IMG/VR virus record: IMGVR_UViG_2617270939_000004
Coordinates: 1 to 10,894 of that record
Length of the DNA: 10,894 nt
Reading direction: 5' to 3' (one strand)
Source: a virus
Lineage: Duplodnaviria > Heunggongvirae > Uroviricota > Caudoviricetes
Positions 1-7,190 of the stretch are shown piece after piece. Numbering within the stretch: position 1 is the first letter of the stretch; each line of letters begins with the position of its first letter. The position numbers were made by a program, and so were the translations under genes. A model generated the notes under the pieces. It was given only the letters and a program-made list of their open reading frames with translations, was not told the DNA's origin and made no database searches.

Positions 1-405
1 GAGGCCTTCCCCGGGTTAATCCGGCAAACCCACCGGAAAATCAGGTCAGCCGCCGCCGATGGCGCTTACGATACCCGGCTATGTCACGATGAACTGCGGC
101 GTAAGAAAATCAGCGCGCTTATCCCTCCCCGAAAAGGTGCGGGTTACTGGCCCGGTGAATATGCAGACCGTAACCGTGCAGTGGCTAATCAGCGAATGAC
201 CGGGAGTAATGCGCGGTGGAAATGGACAACAGATTACAACCGTCGCTCGATAGCGGAAACGGCGATGTACCGGGTAAAACAGCTGTTCGGGGGTTCACTG
301 ACGCTGCGTGACTACGATGGTCAGGTTGCAGAGGCTATGGCCCTGGTACGAGCGCTGAACAAAATGACGAAAGCAGGTATGCCTGAAAGCGTGAGTATTG
401 CCTGA
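1..405 (+). CDS. IS903-like DDE transposase, C-terminal portion (5' end outside the window)
   Basis: Frame 1 is open from base 1 to the TGA at 403-405, so the listed 181..405 ORF is only the tail of a longer protein. The translation ends ...LVRALNKMTKAGMPESVSIA, typical of an IS903-group transposase C-terminus, and the IS terminal repeat follows about 40 bp downstream. Confidence 0.8.
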   Translation, partial: EAFPGLIRQTHRKIRSAAADGAYDTRLCHDELRRKKISALIPPRKGAGYWPGEYADRNRAVANQRMTGSNARWKWTTDYNRRSIAETAMYRVKQLFGGSLTLRDYDGQVAEAMALVRALNKMTKAGMPESVSIA

Positions 406-461
406 AAACACAACCCGCTACGGGGGAGACTTACCCGAAATCTGATTTATTCAACAAAGCC
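1..461 (+). mobile_element. Right end of an IS903-group (IS5 family) insertion sequence; partial, continues beyond the window start
   Basis: Positions 444-461 read GATTTATTCAACAAAGCC, the reverse complement of the IS903/IS102-type terminal inverted repeat GGCTTTGTTGAATAAATC (recalled from memory). The transposase C-terminus lies immediately upstream. Confidence 0.8.
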
Positions 462-559
462 GTTACGATGCTGCAAAAAATGAGATATCACCGCCAAATG
501 GCACTTCTTATACTGCATCAGAAATTTCTATCAAACGTGTTCCTGATGGGCTGTGTCGA

Positions 560-802
560 GTGAGTAATTCATTGGTTAAGACTATCGAATATAATGGAAA
601 TGCAGGCGGTGTAATGAAGTTCACCTATCGTGAATTTGCAAACGATATGGCTCGTGCAGCATTTACAACAGATTTTTCTGTAGATTCTAAGGGAAGTGAT
701 GTTATCGCTTACAAAGGTGCCAAGTTCAAAGTGAACAAGGCTGATAACTCGTCTATTTCTTATACAATTATTTCTGGCTTTGACAAGGCTGTCACGTTCT
801 AG
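560..802 (+). CDS. Hypothetical small protein, possibly the 3' remnant of a gene interrupted by the IS
   Basis: The reading frame is open from 446 to 802, crossing the IS boundary at 461/462. No convincing ribosome-binding site precedes GTG 560 or the first in-frame ATG at 614. The product is Ser/Thr/Asn/Lys-rich and ends in ...GFDKAVTF. I recognise no family. AT-rich like the downstream operon. Confidence 0.3.
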   Translation: MSNSLVKTIEYNGNAGGVMKFTYREFANDMARAAFTTDFSVDSKGSDVIAYKGAKFKVNKADNSSISYTIISGFDKAVTF

Positions 803-906
803 GTTTCACGCTTACTGAGTATGTTACGATTTTGCACATTCTGCATAAACGCGCATGTCTATGCTGCATGAGATCGCATGATCGTTTGAGGATCTTTTGT
901 GTTAAG

Positions 907-930
907 GCCCGCCAGTTCTGGCGGGCTTTT
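907..930 (+). terminator. Rho-independent terminator
   Basis: GCCCGCCAG (907-915) pairs with CTGGCGGGC (918-926) in a GC-rich hairpin, followed by TTTT (927-930). It separates the small ORF from the ATPase operon. Confidence 0.55.
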
Positions 931-1112
931 GCGTAGATCATGCAGGTGCATGAAAACCACTACATAAAGCGGGCAGGCGTGGCGGGGATACGAGCGCGCG
1001 CTGTGCTGTGTGGTATAGGCCTTAATTTAGTATGATTCAATAGTGTCGGGAGCTTTGCGCTGATCAGTCCTAAGTTATATGATAAGAAAAATGCATAAAA
1101 AAGGTTCGGTTC

Positions 1113-2087
1113 ATGGGGTTAGGATTAAAAGACGCTATTGTGCATACCGCTGCGTTTCATCAAAAGGAAACTAATGAATTGCAATTGCCAAACAATCATT
1201 GGCATCCTGGTTTTATCACTGTCTTAGCAGCTTACGTGAATCATCACAAAATTACCGAAGATAACTGTGTTTTGTCATGCCCGGGCTATATGCGAGCTAT
1301 CAATTTACATGGTGCTTTATGGGGAGAGGATCAGTATCAACAGGAACGTGTAAATGTTGGAAGAAATTACAGTTTGGTTACAGCATTAACCAATGTTGAA
1401 GCTGTTGACGTTGCCACTGGTAGTATTAACAGTTGTGTAAGGCAGTTAACATTCCCTGATCGTGATCCGAGAGATTGTCCCAAGGGACTTACAGATCTAA
1501 CCCATGTTATAGGTGAGCTTCACGATAACGTTTGGTCGCATGGAAAATCAACGGGTTTTTCTTTTGCACAACGTTCGGCTGTACCCCACACTCAAAAAAA
1601 AGAGCACTATTTAGAATTTTCTTTGGCGGACTGTGGGTTAGGATTTCTCCGAGAATTGCGGCGAGCTGGTATACCCGGAATTGAGACTCACCAGGATGCG
1701 ATCGCATGGTGTATTCAAGAGGGACATTCATCTAAGCATGCTGATTTGCAGGATGATTGGGCACAGCAGCTTCCCCAGGACTTTATTGGGGGTAGTGTGT
1801 TTGGCCACGGGGTTTCGGTCAAAGAAAAAGATAATAATCATCAAGGGCTTGGGTTGTATCACTTGATGAAATTGATAAAAACATATAATGGGGAATTGCA
1901 ACTGGCTTCAGGAAATGTATGCTTAGAAGCAATAGGTGATGAAGTGAGCTATACTGAATTACGTACTGAATGGCCGGGTGTAGCAATTTCTTGCCGTTTT
2001 AAGATTCATGAACTGGCAGTCGATAAAGATAGCGAAGAAAATGACCCTCAGCTTATGGAAATAATGCGGGCGTTAGGAGGAGAGTAA
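1113..2087 (+). CDS. GHKL (Bergerat-fold) ATPase, anti-sigma-factor/serine-kinase-like, with an uncharacterised N-terminal region of about 125 aa
   Basis: The translation carries an N-box E135-LHD-N139-VWS-H143, a G1 box D173-C-G-L-G177 and a G2 box G245-L-G-L in the canonical order for GHKL ATPases. No histidine-kinase dimerisation/phosphoacceptor region is evident. A-rich stretch with AAGG lies 9-12 nt upstream of ATG 1113. AT-rich, unlike the flanking phage genes. Confidence 0.7.
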   Translation: MGLGLKDAIVHTAAFHQKETNELQLPNNHWHPGFITVLAAYVNHHKITEDNCVLSCPGYMRAINLHGALWGEDQYQQERVNVGRNYSLVTALTNVEAVDVATGSINSCVRQLTFPDRDPRDCPKGLTDLTHVIGELHDNVWSHGKSTGFSFAQRSAVPHTQKKEHYLEFSLADCGLGFLRELRRAGIPGIETHQDAIAWCIQEGHSSKHADLQDDWAQQLPQDFIGGSVFGHGVSVKEKDNNHQGLGLYHLMKLIKTYNGELQLASGNVCLEAIGDEVSYTELRTEWPGVAISCRFKIHELAVDKDSEENDPQLMEIMRALGGE

Positions 2088-2425
2088 TGAACAAAATCGC
2101 ATACAAGTTACCCGAGGGTGACCTGGCTTCGCGCAATCAGGCTATCCCCCAACGACACAAGATTGAAGGGTTCATTAAAGAAGGGTATACCGTAGATTTA
2201 GATTTGAGCGGTGTTTATTCAATTTCAGAATCATACTCTGATGAAATCTTTGGTGTTTTGGTAGTGAAATTCGGTGTAACCAAAGTTTTGAGTCAAGTTA
2301 AGGTTCGCAATGCACCCCCTTCAATTTTAAAAAGTATTGCAAAAGTGATCCAACGCCGTAGTAATGAAGTAGCATCAAAAAAGGTTCATTCCGTTGGATT
2401 TGATGGTTTATACGCCGTTTGTTAA
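2087..2425 (+). CDS. Small STAS-like protein (anti-sigma-factor-antagonist-like; DUF4325-type by recollection)
   Basis: Its ATG overlaps the upstream TAA as TAATG at 2085-2089, and a strong AGGAGG (2075-2080) sits 6 nt upstream, indicating translational coupling. The motif TVDLDLSGVYSISESYSDEIFGV (residues 35-57) resembles the D-L-S-G-V...S-S-G core of SpoIIAA/RsbV-type STAS domains, with candidate phosphorylatable serines at 45-51. Confidence 0.65.
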   Translation: MNKIAYKLPEGDLASRNQAIPQRHKIEGFIKEGYTVDLDLSGVYSISESYSDEIFGVLVVKFGVTKVLSQVKVRNAPPSILKSIAKVIQRRSNEVASKKVHSVGFDGLYAVC

Positions 2426-2442
2426 TATATGGTTAGTTAGAT

Positions 2443-2468
2443 AAAAGGCGCTGAGATTAGCGCCTTTT
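2443..2468. terminator. Bidirectional rho-independent terminator between the cargo operon and portal gene Q
   Basis: A perfect 10-bp stem, AAAAGGCGCT (2443-2452) with AGCGCCTTTT (2459-2468), encloses a 6-nt loop. It is flanked by an A-run on one side and a T-run on the other, so it can terminate on either strand. Confidence 0.6.
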
Positions 2469-2471
2469 CTT

Positions 2472-3509
2472 TTATTCCTGAACACCTAAAACATAGTCAT
2501 CAAAACGTATTACTTCTGCACCCACCCATTCGTTTAGTTCATGTAGTCGCTTCTGTAGTGGCATCAATTCATTGCGAACAAATACAAGACTAGCCTTCTC
2601 CACATCCCCAAAACCCCCAACATTATTTGGCATAATCCCCATCATCTGTGGCGGAACGCGATGTGCTGCCATCATGTCATCGCGGCTGACATTTTTGATA
2701 TTCAGAAACTCATCCTTCGCCGCAACTTCTGACAAAGGGATGATCTGAAGGCCGTCCTTTTTGCCGTTAGGCGAGTACATAAACAGGTTGCGGAAGTTGC
2801 CTGGACCTTTGGCGCTTTTCATCGCGTTGCGGAGATTGTTCACATCCTCCTGATTCTGCGCGGCGTCGGTCATGTACATGATGAAGCCTGCATGGCTGCC
2901 GTTGATGTAATACTTACGGCGGAACAGCGTGGCGGACTCATTGAGCAGGGCTGACGGAATGGCAGAAAGATAGCCGGGCAGGCCGTAGATCTCCTGGTTA
3001 ATGTCCGGTTCCATCAGATGAAAGATGCTGCCTTTCGTGAACTGATACGGCTGTGTTGTCATACCGTATTGCACAAACCAGTAGGTTTCTAGGTCTAACC
3101 CGCGTCGGGTGTATTTTGCCAGGGCCGGTTCAAGGGCGATAACTTCACCGAAGCGGTTCGTGCGTTTCTCCAGGTAGGCGTTACCAAATACCAGATAGTC
3201 CTGCACAAAACGTGAAAAAGCCTGCTGGCTGAGCAGCGGGTGAGGGATGTAGGTACTGGTCAGAATGTTGCACTTTACTGCAATCGGGGAACTGTGATGC
3301 ACAGCAGCGCGGAAGGTGCGCGCCAGTCCGTCAAAGCTGACAGGAGGCTCATACCAGCGATCTGTCTGTACGCATTCCACATAGTCCAGCAGTTCGCGGC
3401 GGTCAAGTACTGGAATGGGATCACCGAAGCTGAATGCTTCGGCTGTAGTCTGGCTTTTAAGCTGGCTCTGTTTCGTCGCCGCAGCGCGGTTCTTCTTACT
3501 CTTTCCCAT
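2472..3509 (-). CDS. Q: P2-family portal protein gpQ
   Basis: The 345-aa translation closely follows P2 gpQ as I recall it (...FGDPIPVLDRRELLDYVECVQTDRWYEPPVSFDGLARTFRAA...). I place the start at ATG 3507-3509, preceded by GGAG, rather than the TTG at 3510-3512 used by the ORF track. This ATG overlaps the stop of P by one base. Confidence 0.93.
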   Translation of the reverse strand: MGKSKKNRAAATKQSQLKSQTTAEAFSFGDPIPVLDRRELLDYVECVQTDRWYEPPVSFDGLARTFRAAVHHSSPIAVKCNILTSTYIPHPLLSQQAFSRFVQDYLVFGNAYLEKRTNRFGEVIALEPALAKYTRRGLDLETYWFVQYGMTTQPYQFTKGSIFHLMEPDINQEIYGLPGYLSAIPSALLNESATLFRRKYYINGSHAGFIMYMTDAAQNQEDVNNLRNAMKSAKGPGNFRNLFMYSPNGKKDGLQIIPLSEVAAKDEFLNIKNVSRDDMMAAHRVPPQMMGIMPNNVGGFGDVEKASLVFVRNELMPLQKRLHELNEWVGAEVIRFDDYVLGVQE

Positions 3510-5275
3510 CAAAAAATCTCCACAATATTGCTGGTATTGGCGGACTCGCCCTGCAGCGGTTCGTTAAAGAGTGCGTGCATTGTTGCCCAAGCCAGATCGG
3601 CATGGCTGGCTTCTTCGCTGCGGCTGGCTTCATAGGTCGGGCGGTTGCCGCTGGCGGTGGTGGCGCGACGGATTGCCATGAATGACTGCGCAATGTCGGT
3701 GTGTCCGGCGTCAAATTCTAGGCGGCGGTGACTGATAATGTCGTAGGCCTTGAGTACCAGGGCGTTTTTAACGTTGGGGTTGTAGACAAACTCCCGGACG
3801 GCAGGAAAGAATGCTTTCACGTTCTCGTAAACCCCGTGGCCGACGCCAGTTGAGTCGATGCCGATGTATGTCACGTTGTACTGTTCGGTCAGTTTTTTGA
3901 TGGCGTCAGCCTGGGCGCGGAAGTCCACCCCGCGCCACTGGTGACGCTCAAGAATGCGGAACTTACCGCCCGGCACGGCTGGCGGTGCCACCACTACGCA
4001 TCCGGCGCTGTCGCCGTTTTGCGTACCTTTTGCCGGGTCATAACCGATCCACACTTCGCGCCAGCCAAAGGGGCGCAGAGCCAGTGCATGAAAGTCGGTC
4101 CAGACTTCCCAGCTGTCCACCATGCACGCCTGCAGCTCGCTGAGCGGGAACACGGACGCGAGATCGTCCACGAACTCGCACATCAGCAGGTTCTGGTATT
4201 CGTCCGGGCTGTACTCCATGCGCAACTGGTCAAGGTCGAACAGGTTACAGCCGCCGCGCACCGCATCTTCCACGGTGACTATCTGGCGGTATTGCCCGTC
4301 TGCGCACAGCAGGCCGGGGGCCAGATTGCTGTGGGACAGGTCGATGTCCACCTTATCGGCTTTGTTGCGCCCACGGTTGAACAGCGCACCAGACCAGAAC
4401 GGATAAGCACTGTGTGTCAGGCTGGATGGCGTGGAAAAATAGGTTTGTCGCCATTTTTTGTGAATAGCCATACCGGAAGCCACTTTGCGCAGCTCCTGGA
4501 ATTTCGGTATCCAGAAATATTCATCCAGATACAGGTTGCCGTGATAACTCTGGGCAGTGCGGGCATTGGTGCCGAGGAAGTAAAGCGTGGCCCCGTTAGG
4601 AAGCACCATCGGATCGCCTTTCAGCTCCACCTCGACTTCTTTGGCGAAGTCGATGATGTATTGCTTAAAGACGTGAGCCTGTGCCTTACTGGCAGAAAGG
4701 AAAATCTGGTTACGTCCGGTAAGCAGGGCGTCAATCAGGGCTTCACGGGCAAAGTAAAAGGTCGCGCCGATCTGGCGTGACTTCAGCAGATTACGGATGC
4801 GGTTGGTTTTTCCAGCTTCCCACCAGTGGCGCTGGTAGTTGAACATGGAGGAATGGAAGATTTCTTCCAGCTTCTCAATCTGTTCATCGGTGAAAACATT
4901 CTTTTCCGGCTGACGGCGCGGCCCTTTGTTGCGGTTGGCGACGTTAGGGTTTAAGTCGGCTTCGTTGCCGCCATTGTTAAACTTGCCGATCCGCGCGTGG
5001 CGCTCCGACTGGCGTGCCAGCAGGTCAATTTCTTTGAAATCTTTCCCTTCTTTGTGCTCCTTCATAATGAGCTGGCAATAGCGTGCGGCGGTGGTGAGCT
5101 GCATCTGATCCAGCGGCCCATAGTCACCCCACTTGTCGCGTTTTTTCCAGCTGTGAACGGTTGCAACTTTCTCGCCCAGCATTTCAGCAATGCGGGCTAC
5201 GCGGTATCCCTGAAAGTACAGCAGCATGGCCTGCCGACGGGGATCGAGATCTGCGGGTGTCAGTGTGGTGTTCAT
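3509..5275 (-). CDS. P: P2-family terminase large (ATPase) subunit gpP
   Basis: 588 aa, the size and sequence character of P2 gpP. It lies immediately upstream of Q on the same strand with an overlapping stop/start, matching the P2 Q-P arrangement. Confidence 0.93.
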   Translation of the reverse strand: MNTTLTPADLDPRRQAMLLYFQGYRVARIAEMLGEKVATVHSWKKRDKWGDYGPLDQMQLTTAARYCQLIMKEHKEGKDFKEIDLLARQSERHARIGKFNNGGNEADLNPNVANRNKGPRRQPEKNVFTDEQIEKLEEIFHSSMFNYQRHWWEAGKTNRIRNLLKSRQIGATFYFAREALIDALLTGRNQIFLSASKAQAHVFKQYIIDFAKEVEVELKGDPMVLPNGATLYFLGTNARTAQSYHGNLYLDEYFWIPKFQELRKVASGMAIHKKWRQTYFSTPSSLTHSAYPFWSGALFNRGRNKADKVDIDLSHSNLAPGLLCADGQYRQIVTVEDAVRGGCNLFDLDQLRMEYSPDEYQNLLMCEFVDDLASVFPLSELQACMVDSWEVWTDFHALALRPFGWREVWIGYDPAKGTQNGDSAGCVVVAPPAVPGGKFRILERHQWRGVDFRAQADAIKKLTEQYNVTYIGIDSTGVGHGVYENVKAFFPAVREFVYNPNVKNALVLKAYDIISHRRLEFDAGHTDIAQSFMAIRRATTASGNRPTYEASRSEEASHADLAWATMHALFNEPLQGESANTSNIVEIF

Positions 5276-5321
5276 GGCACAAACCTACAACCTTGAATGA
5301 AGGCTTTCCCCGCCTGCGGTT

Positions 5322-5339
5322 TGTGTGGTTGTCGGTACA
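5322..5339. promoter_or_regulatory. Candidate Ogr/Delta activator site (TGT-N12-ACA) of a P2-type late promoter
   Basis: TGT (5322-5324), 12 nt, then ACA (5337-5339), in the 142-bp divergent P-O intergenic region. It is centred about 88 bp upstream of the O start codon, compatible with the -55 position described for P2 late promoters. It is the only exact TGT-N12-ACA in this intergenic region. Confidence 0.35.
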
Positions 5340-5417
5340 AATACCGCGCATTGTTTCACTGCCACCATCACCGCAACCATAAGGCTCCAGTAAGTTTTTT
5401 CTAACGGAGCACAGCTC

Positions 5418-6251
5418 ATGACAGTGAAAGCAAAGCGTTTTCGCATCGGGGTGGAAGGTGCCACCACCGACGGACGCGAAATCCAGCGTGAATGGCTGGA
5501 ACAGATGGCAGCCAGCTACAACCCGACGATGTACACCGCGCTGATTAACCTTGAGCACATCAAGTCTTATCTGCCGGACAGCACCTTTAACCGCTACGGC
5601 AAGGTGACGGCGCTGTTTGCTGAAGAAATCACGGAAGGTCCGCTGGCAGGCAAGATGGCGCTGTATGCCGACGTTGAGCCAACGGAATCACTGGTGGAAC
5701 TGGTGAAAAAAGGCCAGAAATTATTCACCTCTATGGAAGTCAGCCCGAAGTTTGCTGATACGGGCAAAGCCTACCTGGTCGGCCTGGCTGCCACTGATGA
5801 CCCTGCCAGTCTGGGCACTGAAATGCTGACATTCAGCGCCAGTGCAGCCCATAACCCGCTGGCAAACCGCAAGCAGAATCCCGCCAATCTTTTTACCGCT
5901 GCAGAGGAAACGGTGATCGAACTGGAAGAAATCCAGGATGACAAACCGTCCCTGTTTGCCCGTGTCACGGCGCTGTTCACCAAAAAAGAGCAGTCCGATG
6001 ACGCCCGGTTCTCTGATGTGCATAAGGCCGTGGAACTGGTCGCCACTGAGCAGCAGAACCTGAGTGCGCGCACCGAAAAATCCCTGTCTGAGCAGGAAGA
6101 ACGCCTGTCTGAGCTGGAGACTGCCCTGCAGGCACAGCAGACCGCCTTTAACGAACTGGTGGACAAGCTGAGCCAAGAAGACAGCCGCCAGGACTACCGC
6201 CAGCGTGCAACAGGCGGTAACGCCCCCGCTGACACTCTGACCAATTGCTGA
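5418..6251 (+). CDS. O: P2-family capsid scaffolding protein gpO
   Basis: 277 aa, diverging from P at the position P2 O occupies. The sequence resembles P2 gpO from memory, including a C-terminus ending ...TNC. Confidence 0.9.
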   Translation: MTVKAKRFRIGVEGATTDGREIQREWLEQMAASYNPTMYTALINLEHIKSYLPDSTFNRYGKVTALFAEEITEGPLAGKMALYADVEPTESLVELVKKGQKLFTSMEVSPKFADTGKAYLVGLAATDDPASLGTEMLTFSASAAHNPLANRKQNPANLFTAAEETVIELEEIQDDKPSLFARVTALFTKKEQSDDARFSDVHKAVELVATEQQNLSARTEKSLSEQEERLSELETALQAQQTAFNELVDKLSQEDSRQDYRQRATGGNAPADTLTNC

Positions 6252-6267
6252 TGGAGCACAAAACCTG

Positions 6268-6441
6268 ATGAAGAAGAACACCCGCCGCCGTTCAGTTATC
6301 GACAACCCGAAACGTGACCGGATTGAAAACTTTGAATCCGTTAACGAAGCCTATGTGGTTGAGGACTACCGCTGCGCCGCACTGGTGGAAAACATCCAGA
6401 TTGGTGATTTCAGCGCCGCCGCAGCCGAAACCGGAGCGTAA
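6268..6441 (+). pseudogene. N: Remnant of major capsid gene N (57 codons, where P2 N is about 357)
   Basis: This short ORF (MKKNTRRRSVIDNPKRDRIENFESVNEAYVVEDYRCAALVENIQIGDFSAAAAETGA) occupies the N position between O and M. It resembles the extreme C-terminus of P2 gpN as I recall it (...RRVIEENPKLDRVENYESMNIDYVVEDY...VGDFS...). The stop is 3 nt before the M start, as at a normal N-M junction. Confidence 0.55.
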
Positions 6442-6444
6442 TCC

Positions 6445-7095
6445 ATGAGCCTGAGTCCCGCACGGCAGCATCGCCTGCGCGTTCAGGCTGAACAGGCCGC
6501 CCGCGAGGGCGGCAGTGTTCGCCACGCATCGGGCTATGACCTGATGCTGCTGCAACTGGCGGAAGACCGCCGCCGTCTCAAGGGCGTTCAGTCCACGGTC
6601 AAAAAAGCGGAAATCAAGGTGGAGCTGCTGCCGAAGTACGCCGCCTGGGCAGAGGGTGTCCTGGCTGCCGGAGGCGCTCAACAGGATGACGTGCTGATGT
6701 ACGTGATGCTGTGGCGCATTGATGCCGGAGATTATGCCGGAGCGCTGGAGATCGGGCGTCATGCCCTGCGTCATGGCTGGGTGATGCCGCTGGGTAACCG
6801 CAACGTGCAGACCGTGCTGGCAGAGGAAATGGCAGACGCCGCGCAGAGCGCAATGCTTGCCACCACCGGCTTTGATGCCGATCTGTTGCTGCAGACGCTG
6901 GAGCTGACAGACGGTCTGGATATGCCGGACCAGTCACGGGCGCGTCTGCATAAAGCGATTGGCGCGGTCCTGAGTGAAAGCAATCCGGCGTCTGCCCTTA
7001 ATCATCTCAACCATGCGTTACAGCTCGATCCCCGCTGTGGCGTGAAAAAAGACAAACAGCAGCTGGAGCGCAGACTGCGCAATGACAGCCGCTGA
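6445..7095 (+). CDS. M: P2-family terminase small (endonuclease) subunit gpM
   Basis: 216 aa. The N-terminal region (MSLSPARQHRLRVQAEQAAREGGSVRHASGYDLMLLQLAEDRRRLKGVQS...DDVLMYVMLWRIDAGDYAGALEI...) matches P2 gpM by recollection, and the gene follows N in P2 order. Confidence 0.9.
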   Translation: MSLSPARQHRLRVQAEQAAREGGSVRHASGYDLMLLQLAEDRRRLKGVQSTVKKAEIKVELLPKYAAWAEGVLAAGGAQQDDVLMYVMLWRIDAGDYAGALEIGRHALRHGWVMPLGNRNVQTVLAEEMADAAQSAMLATTGFDADLLLQTLELTDGLDMPDQSRARLHKAIGAVLSESNPASALNHLNHALQLDPRCGVKKDKQQLERRLRNDSR

Positions 7096-7190
7096 CAGAA
7101 CGTGCCCCCGCGCACGGGCGGCACGGGGTGGCGAAAGGCACTGCCACATCAAAACCCCGTCCACCGCCCTCTATTTCAGGAGAAAGCAGC

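Noticed and set aside
1507-1866. ORFs 1507..1731 (-) and 1681..1866 (+) inside the ATPase gene.
   Set aside because: They are nested within the 975-bp ORF that carries the ordered GHKL motifs, and are short with no start signals.
1113-2087. Reading the ATPase as a classical two-component sensor histidine kinase.
   Set aside because: There is no recognisable dimerisation/phosphoacceptor (H-box) region, no transmembrane sensor segments and no response-regulator gene nearby. The partner is a STAS-like protein, which points to the serine-kinase/anti-sigma type.
3240-3714. ORFs 3240..3635 (+) and 3496..3714 (-) overlapping the Q/P junction.
   Set aside because: They overlap the portal and terminase coding sequences in other frames. 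No independent support.
5301-5320. GC-rich motif CTTTCCCCGCCT in the P-O intergenic region, resembling the complement of the P2 cohesive-end sequence as I remember it.
   Set aside because: The position is wrong for cos, which in P2 lies beyond the end of Q and not between P and O. The similarity rests on my recollection of a short sequence and cannot be verified here. More likely it is chance or part of the late promoter region.
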